From positions 20,770,001-20,834,000 of the forward strand of contig JBHGNT010000013.1 in assembly GCA_043228905.1 (NCBI GenBank): a stretch of 64,000 nt of DNA, read 5' to 3'. Origin of the DNA: Azolla caroliniana (lineage: Eukaryota > Plantae > Polypodiophyta). Both the position numbers and the translations under genes were made by a program. The notes under the pieces were generated by a model. It made no database searches and had not been told where the DNA came from. It was given only the letters and a program-made list of their open reading frames with translations. Shown piece by piece: positions 24,150 to 34,776 of this stretch (position 1 is its first letter; each line of letters opens with the position of its first letter).

Positions 24150-27100
24150 TAATGGTGGATACCCAAACACAAAGCAATTCTGAACTATGGCATGGTTGGT
24201 TCGTCCATTTAAATTTCAGCAACCTTGCTCAGCTTAGCAAGCATGATATGGTATGCAATCTCCCTTCCATTCATGTACCATCTAATCATGTTTGTGAGGG
24301 TTGTAATCTAGGAAAGATGAACAGGTTTTTCATTTCCAAAAGATACAAATATTTTGGCAACACACAAGCTTCAACTTGTACAAGTGATGTATGTGGCCCA
24401 ATGAGAACACTATCAATTGGAGGTTACCTTTATTTTCTTACATTCATTGATGATGTTACATTACGCACTCGGGTATATCCTTTGAAGGAGAAATACAATG
24501 TCTTTTCATGCTTCAAAGAACTCTTACACCTTGCTGAAAATCTTCATGGTCACAAACTCATTACTCTTCGCACCGATAGAGGGGTTGAGTACATGTCTCG
24601 AGAGTTCAATGCTTTCTTGAACGACAAAGGTATTATCCATCAATGCACCACTCCATACACACCACAACAAAATGGTTTGGCTAAGAGAAAGAATAGATCT
24701 CTCATGAAGATGGCAAGATGCATGCTCAATGGTAAGAAACTACCTCACAAGTTTTGGTTGGAAGTTGTAATGTGTGCAAACCATGTTTTAAATAGATGCC
24801 CGACAAAACCAATAAAAACCATCACTCCATATGAGGCTTGGACTGGTCAGTCACAATCCAAATGTTGGTCACATGAGAATAGTTGGAAGCTTGGATTATG
24901 CATTTGCGCCACCACAGCAGCGCCATAAGCTTCAAGATAAAGCAACAAAATGCGTCTTTGTTGGCTATAGCAAAGAAAGCAAAGGTTATCGGTCATTCCA
25001 GCCCACTACCAATAAGATCATCATCAACCGGGATGTGATATTTGCTGAAAATGCAACTCAACCACTTGTGGATTGCTCCAAAGAGCCAGTTCTTGATCAA
25101 CCAAATGCATTTGATACTTTGCTACCATTGCTCCAAAATGTTTTGTTTGAAGGTGACCGATTAACCCAACTTCATGGAAGTAATGTGCAGGTTTTGCATC
25201 AGCAACAGCATGCTCCAAACAGAGATATAGAGCAGCCAAACAATGCTCAAATTGATCTCTTACAACAGCCCAGTGTGGTTGAAATGAGCAACCAAACATT
25301 GTTAATAACAATGCTGATTTACAGGTCATTAATCAACATTTTGTTGACATGGAATAGGAGGAAGAACAAGCCTCTTCTAAGCAAGCAAGAACAGTCCCTA
25401 AATGGCTGATTAACACTCTTATGGACAGCAAACTCACATCTCCTCTTCAAGGTAAAACCCGATCAACCAAGCAGCAAGCTGAACTGCATTATATGCATCG
25501 TGACCATATTGCTGAAATCTGTGATGAGGAGCCACTCTCTCCTGCAGATGCATTAGCACATGACCATTGGGTTGAAGCCATGACATCAAAACTTGCGTCA
25601 CTTGGGAGTTATGTGATCTGCCAAAAGGTAGAAAAGCAATTGTCACCAAGTGGATTTATAAAGTCAAGCGTAATGCGGATGGTAGCCTTGATCGTTTTAA
25701 AGCAAGACTTGTAGCAAAAGCTTGTTCCCAAAAAGAGGGAATAGACAGAAACCTTCACCCCCACCTCAAGGATGACTACAATCAGAGCTACAATTGCTCC
25801 AGCCGCAATGGAAGGATGGAAGGTTCGCCAATTAGACATTAGCCCCGCCTTCTTAAATGGAGATTTAGAAGAAGAGGTTTATGTAACTCAACCTCCAGGT
25901 TTTGTCATTAAAGGTGCAGAAACTAAAGTTTGCAGGTTACTTAAAGCTTTGTACGGCTTGAAGCAAGCACCTCAATCGTGGAATGCAACTCCGTTTTGTG
26001 AACAGCCCAACCAAAACCATTCTCTATGTCTGAAAGGATGGAGAAATTACTAATTGTTGTGCTTTATGTTGATGATTTTCTAATATCAAGACCTGATGAG
26101 CAAGAAATTGCAGACTTCAAAGCTGATTTTAGTAAGACGTTTGAACTTACAGATCATGGTCATCTCCATTACTACCTCAGTATTCAATTTATTACTGTTG
26201 AGGGAGGCATTTTTTTGAGTCAACAGAAGTACATCGAGAAGCTCCTACAACAATTCAGGTTTGACGCGTTCAAGTCAATCTCCACTCCTGTAGAAGCAGG
26301 TTTCAAATTCTCATATCAAGACAAAGGATAACCAACTGATGTACTCTTATACCAGCAACTTGTAGGTTGTTTGATACTTTTGTGCAACGTGCAATCTGAC
26401 ATTCAATATGCAGTTTTGCAATTAAGCAAGTTTATGCACAGCCCTAGAACAAAGCATTGGCAATCAGCCAAGTGAGTTTTCCATTACCTCACAAGCACTA
26501 TAGATTTCAGCCTCTTCTATGGCGAAGGCAATTCATCTACTTTAATAGCCTTCACTGAAGTGATTGGGCTGGCTGCTATGACACTCGTGTCTAACATAGT
26601 GGCAATTGTTTCATGATCAGCAATTCCTGTGTTTCCTGGCTCAGGAAGAAGCAGCCAACAGTGGCAACATCAAGTTGTGCAGCTGAATATAGAGCAGCAT
26701 TCAACACTACAGTAGAGTGTGTTTGGCTCAGGAGATTATTGTCCGATTTGACACTTGAGCAACCATCTCCTACTTGTATATTTACAGGTAGTCAAAGTGC
26801 CTTGGCTATTGCACAAAATCCTGTCTTCCATGCACTAACAAAACACATTGAGGTGCACTATCATTATGTGAGGGAGCAGTTCCACGATAAAGAGATAAAC
26901 TTGGTCTATGTATCAAACTCATGAAAATGTTGCAGACATTTTCACCAAGGCTCTATGAAGAGAAAAGTTTAAATATTTTGGCACGGAATTGGGCATTCTT
27001 CCAACACATGGATAGTGATGACATTCAAGTTCACACCATTCACTACAGGGGGTTTGTTACACTTAATGTGTATCCTATGAAAGCTTTGGTGTGAACATAG

Positions 27101-27255
27101 TTACAGTAGTATGAACCTAGTTAAGTAATTGTTAGGTGTGAACATCCACCAGTGATCAGATTACTAGCCCTAGAGGTTGTGTTCATACAATGCATTAGCT
27201 CCTCAATACACGCTGCATTGACAATAATCAAGAGATTAGTTGGCCTTTAACACAT
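24150..27255 (+). mobile_element. 5'-truncated, frameshifted Ty1/copia retrotransposon (integrase-RT-RNase H, PPT, short 3' LTR candidate)
   Basis: LWH..F.HLN and VCEGC..GK (GAG-pre-integrase); SDVCGP, FIDD, RTDRG.EY and TPQQNGLA.RKNR (integrase); QLDISPAFLNGDLEEEVYV, KALYGLKQAP and YVDD (RT); KKQPTVATSSCAAEY and NPVFH..TKHIEVHYH (RNase H). PPT AGGGGG at ~27047 is followed by TGTTA at 27055. Confidence 0.92.
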
Positions 27256-27498
27256 CAACAGTCCCCCTCAAGCACCCACCAGGTTTCCTGAGTTTTATAC
27301 GTACTACTGAGTCAACAGAACTCCCACATTCATCTTCTGGTCCAGCAAACTTCCACATCATTCATTCAATTAAACGCATGGATTATCCACTTCTTCCAAT
27401 TCTGCTTTCTGCACCCATCTGCATGTTGTGCGATAGATTTCCGCAAGGCCCTTACCAATCCTACAAAAACTCTATGCACTTAAATTCCCTCTGACATT

Positions 27499-28630
27499 AT
27501 GTGGGCTATATATGCACAACATGCGCAAGAGTTTGGACATTCGAGGATATGCAGCTCTAGTCATGCTTGTTACAGGCAAGCTATCTTCACCCTATCAAAA
27601 GAGCGAATTGAAGTAGTGGATTCCAATGCATATCTGCAAGTGGGCATTTCTTTATGCCCACGCCACGAATATCAACTCACTCAACGATATTTAGCTCCAG
27701 CCATGCTACAACGACAGTGTTGACAAGCTATCTTCAACCTATCAAGAGGAGCACTTCTCTATGCCCAAGCCACAAAGAACAACTTAATTGAGGATATGCA
27801 TCTCTAGCCATGCTTGTTACGGGCATGACCATATAATATCCCGTGGTAAGTTGTACCGTAGTATTCTACACACGAGGATAACTCGTGAGGGTTAACTGAG
27901 AGTGTAAAGAAGGGAGGATTACTTTTAATCCTAGGGATTGAGACAACCCATTAAGGCCAAGTGTGAACTTCCTGGGGGCCTTAGGTCTGGCTATAAATAT
28001 AGGCCTAGGTACCCTCATTTGATACATTATCAACTACAACGAGACTTTGATCTTGTGGTAATCAACTCTTGTAGCGAGCGCGCCTGTACCAGGTATGACT
28101 CAATGCCACGGTGGTGGTATGGGACACCGATCGAGGCTCAAGTCCATCTCGATCCCTTCGCTCGGAGGTGGTTGAGTGGATCGGCACCCTTTGTTCTCTC
28201 TCTTCTCTATTTTCCTATCTTACATTTCCTTATCTTTTGCTTACATTAGGATAAAGCTCTAACAATGCTAGAACGACGGTGCCACCAGGCACACTTCCAA
28301 GAGCCCCATACCAAATTATGGTTATTCAACACCATGGTCACCCCTGCCAACATGTATGTTGCAGCCATATGAGCACCAAGCCTTTATATGTACATTGGAC
28401 ACAAATAGAGCATCCATTAGTCATGATATTGTCACGGATGATGGGTAGCAAAGCATCTAGCCTACATGAGATCATCTATGCCGAATTGGCAACATCCCCC
28501 ATGGTGGTAGAAGCATTATTGCAATAAGTGAACCTCATCAATCAGATTCCAACATTGACATCTCGAAAAATTACGTGTATGGCATTTGAAGCATTGAAGC
28601 AAATGGCGACAACAGAACACACAGAAGGAT
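27499..28630 (+). mobile_element. LINE fragment (same family as 33134-34650), locally duplicated and split by a solo LTR
   Basis: GGATATGCATCTCTAGCCATGCT|LTR|AGAACGACGGTGCCACCAGGCACACTTCCAAGAG matches GYASLSLLERQCHQAYFQE, and WTQIEHPLVMILSR...IIYAEL..SPMVVEAL also matches. Confidence 0.75.
27815..28264 (+). mobile_element. solo LTR (450 bp)
   Basis: TGTTA...TAACA termini, exact TSD ATGCT (27810-27814 and 28265-28269), and TATAAATA at ~27992. Confidence 0.9.
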
Positions 28631-29880
28631 CATAGAGAAGGATGTGACCCTCTATGTGGACTTCACCATCCACAAATGATGGAAAGGTTGACCCATGACA
28701 ATTTGGTCGAATGTTGCTCAAACTTTAAAAGCATAGGGAATCAATCCTTACATTAGTATGTGGGATGCAATGACAATCACATATCACTGATTTCTTCCAT
28801 AGTTACTTATTCCATTAACAACATATCGAGAAGTCAACATAGAGCAAGCATATTCTTTGCTCGCCATGTCCAATCCACATGAGCTCACACAGATGCACAT
28901 GTTAAACTTGCATCAGCTTGTAACCCCTCTCAAAAATCAATGCATCACATGCATTAAGATAATGATCATCAAGTTTGAGGAAACCTAGAGCTTTAATTTT
29001 TGTTTTTGTATGTAAGCCATGAATTTACCCATATTTGTGATCATGAATTGTCTCATAGGCTGATTTTTGCCTTTAGTAAACACCTCTCCCTACTCCCTAA
29101 GTGAAAACCCATTTAATGGGTGAGAATTTCTAATCTATGTTGTACAACATTATTGATTGAGATACAACCATCTGAGCTTTCTCTCTATCAGTAACCCATG
29201 TAGTTTTCATTAACCCGTGCATAAAGGTTCAACTCTCACTAGTTGCACTGATTTCCTAGAAGAAATTGCCAAAAATAATGGTTCAATGCATGATCGTTTC
29301 TAGTTATGTTTTTCCGTTCTTTGTTAGGTGTTTTGCTCCCTTTCCTTTCCAACTGCACTTTTCTTTCAAAACCCCATTCATACCCTGCAACACAAGGAGG
29401 CAGTGTTGCGTGGTAGATTACAAGCAGAAAGCTCCTGCACAAATTTTCATTCACAATCTTCCTCATTGAGTCTAGCTTGCACAGAAAACATAATTGATTC
29501 ATCCGAGTAATCCAAGCAAATATATCATCTTTCCAAATTTACATCATTCACTTCACATCAGCCTAAGGCTTCACCGAAAACTTCACTCTCCAACCCACCT
29601 CCAAGACAAATAGACAGAAACCTGATTCCTACAATAGCACAAGTCTTCAAAGGAACAAGATTTGGGGTTGCAAAAGATCTTACTCTGACTCCTGAACTGA
29701 ACCCAAGGATCGAGTGAAAGACTCAAGACCAGAAATTACCCACAAGTTCCAGACATTGAATTCAACCATCATATAAGTCACCATGATCATAACTGAAGTC
29801 ACTTTCCATCTCTATAAATGAGTACTAGCCTACCCGCTGATGGAAGAGGAGACCCTGGTATTGTTAGCCACCACACGCAT

Positions 29881-29937
29881 GCTTTTTATATGTCTCTCTT
29901 TTTGGTCATATAGGGGCATTCAATGGGTGGGGTGTGT

Positions 29938-30005
<68 letters not shown>
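29881..30005 (-). promoter_or_regulatory. candidate core promoter of the ATL gene (TATA box plus a GA tract)
   Basis: The minus strand reads TATAAAAAGC at 29890-29881, preceded by a long (GA)n tract. A donor CAG|GTTTCT lies downstream at 29622/29621. Confidence 0.45.
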
Positions 30006-30006
<1 letters not shown>

Positions 30007-30084
30007 ATTTGGGGGGTTTGTGGCAGACCTTAAAACTTGGTTACAACAGCGCCCTCCAGAAGCCGCCAGAGAACAGAGCTATGT

Positions 30085-30390
30085 TGTTGGCGATGATGAT
30101 GATGTTACTGTTGCAGTAGCAGCAGCAGCAGCAGCTGTGAGGAGGAAGGAAGGAGAAGAAGACTTTGGGCCATGGAAATGGAAATGGAAAGGAACCTCGC
30201 GAGGATACATACATACATACATACATACATACATACATACATACAGCACATCCCCATCGTTTGTTTGTTTGTTTGTTGTTTTGACTTACTACTCACTCCT
30301 CTCCTCTCCTCTCCTCTCCTCTCCTCTCCTCTCCTTCCCTTCCCTTCCCTTCCCTTCCCTTCCCTTCCTTTCGTGTTCACACACACACCA
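30085..30390. repeat. cluster of mixed microsatellites: (GAT)n, (GCA)n, (ACAT)n, (GTTT)n, (CTCCT)n, (CCCTT)n
   Basis: Directly visible. Confidence 0.9.
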
Positions 30391-33133
30391 AAAGCCTCTT
30401 CACACCTATTTCCCGAAGAAGAAGAAGCACATTCGTTGGTTCCCGGAGACATGGGTGGTAGCTTCCCCATGTGCTCACCTCACCTTTGGTTCTCGTATCA
30501 CCTCCCCCACCTTCACCCATTGTGCCCATAGATGATAGACTTTGTCCATCGACGTCATGATGCTCCTCATCGGCCGGGATCTTCTTCTTCTCACAATAAC
30601 ATTCGCACTAGGCAAGTGCATGCACCAGTAGACAATGGAAAAAAGCCACTCAACATGTGGTAAGTGAAACAACAAACAAAATGATTGTATGCATTTCGTA
30701 GGAGGCTATAAAAACTAATTTTCTAGAAATTTCAAAATTCGCATGAGTCGACTAAGGACACATTGGGGTAACAAATTATACACTAAGAACTTTGGTGAAA
30801 TACTTTTTGCCTTTGTTTATTTCTGCCCAATGTGAAAATAACCCCCCTCTCAAACACATGAAAAAACTCATTTCTAACCCTTGGGTGTGACTTCACACTT
30901 ATTTTACGCTAAAATGTTTCTTTCATCGGCATTGCCCGTCGCATAATAGACCTTAGACATTCCCACTAAATTATTGAATATAGATCTAGAATTATATAAG
31001 CATGTAGACTGTCCCTGGCAACGTGTATTCATATGTTAAGAATGTATCTTAATTCCCATATGGAGTTGACTAATCAAGATAAATATTCGCCTTAATATAA
31101 TAACATCTCTAAGGCAACCATTGGGATTGTGATGGTGACTTAATAGTTAACCATTTGCTCAATTTCCATAAATATTTAAGTTATTTCTCCTACAATTTAG
31201 GGATTGTTGAAAGGCCATGATTGTAAATTTGGTAGGAAACCTAGGAATACTTAATCGAGCTTTATGACTAATTTTGTTTGAAATGGAATGTGCTTCTATT
31301 GTCTATTGATTCTTTGTGCTAAGTTGTTGTGTACTATCCTCATTCCTCACTCCAACTTTTCTGTTGAATTCCTTGGTCTTGTTTGAGGCATGCATAAGAG
31401 GTCATGGGTAATAATGAAGTACAACACAAGCATTTGAGGTAGGAAGGTGCGTGGATTCACCTTATCCCGATTTAATGAGGGGCTACGAATAGTGAGAGAA
31501 CCATGGACATGGCTCTAGGCCCATATCAGAAGGCTAATTTAGCATAAATAAATAAACAAGGTTCATTGTAGACGAACCCAACTTGGTATTTTCCGTTAGC
31601 ATGTCAACTATCTAATTGTATTTTCCTTTAGATAGTTTGGGTATTGTTCAATTAGATTGTCAACTATCTAATTGTATTTGTCTTAGTTGGGGAATTGGAT
31701 ATATTTTTTTGGTTCTTGGTCGACTACAAACTAGAAATGTGTTCTTCAATCTCATCCCAAGTGTTTCGATTGTTTCCCTTGCATTGAACAACTTATTAGT
31801 CTCTTACTTGTTGTGAATAACCATACTTTTAGGCGCTTTGAGTTTTTCATTTAGACAATGAATTAGTTGTATACACGTGGCTTCCCATTTCATGCATTAT
31901 TCTGTTAACTAGTGTGCTACGATGATCAATAGTCTGCCACCCATTGGGCCATGTCTATGGTTGTTCAAGTTGTGAAAATCGTGATGCATTCATGTACACT
32001 TGGTGGAGGTCCTATGACCTGCCCAATCACTTGGTTTGCTCATATGATCACAACTTCTTGTTAGTGTGGGGTTTGTAGATGATGTCAAGATTGCTATTGA
32101 TGTTGCCAAATGTATTGTCCAGTTTGGTGGGGAAACTTTTAAGGACTTGGGCAATGACAAATCTGCTTTAGCTTACGGTGATGGTTGATTGCTTGGTGTC
32201 CACTGTCTTGGCTTGTTCCATGATAATTCGTTTGATTTTAAATGTATTTTGCCATGATAGATTACCGAGGATTCACTTGATTCTATAACTTGAGCCTTGC
32301 ACCATCACATCACCTCTCATCAATTCCATGATTGGAAGAATGGTGCCTTTCTCATGTCATTGTGCATGCTTGTTACGGGCTCCTCCATGTTCAATTTGTT
32401 ATTTATTTATCCAATTTCCTTCACATGACTTTGTGTCATGGAATTTGAGGGTGACATGGTTCTCATGTGCCTAATTTGGTACCTTCTATACCTATTTAGG
32501 GTTATCACGTCATTGCGTTGCGACCATGCATCATTTCTATCATCAAGCCCTCCACTTATTTGTCCAACATTTTTCATGCGCAAGTTGTCTTTGGTTCCCC
32601 CTACCTCCTCGGTTCCTTTCATATGCTTGTGTTTAATACCATCTTTTAAAATAATCCTATCAACAATGTTTTAAATGATAATATCTTTAAGAAATATCTA
32701 ATCAACAATGTTTCTCTTTTCGATGGGCATCTTATATCCTCCACGTTTCAATGGTTCGGATGGCAAAATTCGCAGTCTTGCCATTTGATCCACGATATAC
32801 ATCAGACCATTTGGACACTTTGCGGTTTGATTCATGATTTGCATCCAATTGATTAGATGCCTGAATATGTAGACTTGCCACTCGATCCGCGATTTTAAAC
32901 ATTAGATGCATGCCCAAACCGGCGGTTGATTGACTTGCCATTTGATCCACAATTCACATCCTCATGGATTCCCGACCAGACAACCCTGAGAGAGAAGAAA
33001 GATAGATATATAGATTAACGTCTTCTAAGACCAAAATTGGCCCATGAGACAATTGGTTTACAAAAAAAAAGGGGTATTTACCCATTCATCGAAAGTAAAA
33101 ACAAAAATAAAATAGAATTTAAGCTAAAGAGTT

Positions 33134-34650
33134 CTAGCAAAAAAAACATGTTCTATAAGGAAATGACTTTATACTAGGCCTAGTTTCATTTTCATCCAAG
33201 TCTCTTGAAAAGAAGCAGAAGGTCAAAGGTTTTCGATGTGGAGGTGGCCCGTGGTCCCAATGTAGAAGAACCGCAACCATAGCTACTAGGTGGCGTAGCT
33301 CACGTTCCCTTATGTTCTTAATTGTTTCTACTCCATGTTGAGTTGCTTTGAAGCCCGACATCCAAGGGCGTTTGGTTGTTCGTTGCATTTTTGCTTCAAC
33401 AAGAGAGATGGTAGGTGTGTCCACATTCATCGTCTCCCCTTGTTCCTGAAAAATTATACTAGTTACATGTTGGTGAATATTAAAATGATTATGATTAACA
33501 TTTTGTAGTTTTTCCTCTGTATATTGTTTTAGCTCTAACATATACGTACCTAGTCTCTTTATATCCGGGGTATCTAATAGTTTCAAGAGGGTCCTAGTAT
33601 GTCTTGGCATTTCGCCCTTATCTCGGCATAAGTTGGACACTTGCATGTAAAGTGATACTCATCCTCTATCTCTATGTAAAATAACCTACATAGCCTTTCC
33701 TCTTTGGGGACTCCATTAGTACGACCATTCTCAATCTCAAGTTGGTGAGATGATATCTTACGTTGTCCAATGGGCACCCTTAGTGCATTTGTCAAGAATG
33801 TATCTAGATATTTTGGTCGTGTAATAAAACGTAGCTTAGAGAAGTGCATGAAGTGTTCCTTATAGTACAACATTTTAGATGGGAGTGGTTCTCGTGGGGT
33901 GATCCATTTATATCGGGTATAAATTTGCCATATTACTTTATTATGGTCCTCATGAGAGATTAAAGTTTGATCAGTCCCATGGTTATACTTAAGGGGACGT
34001 AGGTTATTAATGTTTATGCCATTTGCAAGTAACCAATGCACTACAATGCTATACTAAGAGCTACTATCTCCGGACTCATATAGGGATCAGGATGCCTCAA
34101 AAGCTTGACGGGATATCCTATCTTGTGGTTGGTTATGTATCCTATGGATAAAAACTACCAATTAGAAGAGTGCTTCTACTAACATTGGGGGCAAACCGAA
34201 CTCTGCTCTAATAATGTCATGTGGTATTGTCGATTTGCTACGGAGTTGACGTGATAACATCATCACCAAAGGTCTCTCTAATTGCGTCCACACGAAGAAC
34301 GGTAGATCTGGAGCCCATACTACTAATGCATATATGAGTGAAGGGGTCACTAATGAGTTGAAGAGCCATCCCTTAGTCCGTGGCTCTTGAAAGTATGCTT
34401 GGTGGCATTGTCTCTCTAAGAGTGAGAGGGATGCATACCCTCTCGCTAGCCTATCTTTGGTTGCCTGGGTCATCTAGAATTTACTTGAACAAGCACTAAA
34501 AGTGACTCCCAGATATACATAGGATCCAACTACCTCATCTGGTTTATGAGAGAGAAGCAGGTGACACGACGATATGTGAAAGATAAAGAGCTTTAGTTTT
34601 CGTTACATTCAGTACCAATCCTCGTTGTGTGCAAAAGGCATCCTCCTAGA
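33134..34650 (-). mobile_element. 5'-truncated non-LTR retrotransposon (LINE) 3' portion
   Basis: RT thumb YLGVTFS, then GYASLSLLERQC..., SSHQLEIENGR..GVPKEERLCRL...IEDEYHF.CKCP.Y..IR (C-terminal zinc-finger-like). Stops and frameshifts are present. Confidence 0.8.
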
Positions 34651-34691
34651 GCAAAACTATCTCGTCAGGATAGAGAGAGAGAGAGAGAGAT

Positions 34692-34727
<36 letters not shown>

Positions 34728-34776
34728 TAGATAGATAGGCAGACAGATCATTTCTCTACCTGTATCAGAAAAACTG

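Noticed and set aside
30020-30535. 171-aa ORF and overlapping ORFs
   Set aside because: Composed of microsatellite translations with no domain, and the longest has a non-ATG start.
31900-33000. Retroelement-like intergenic sequence
   Set aside because: No recognisable termini or protein motifs.
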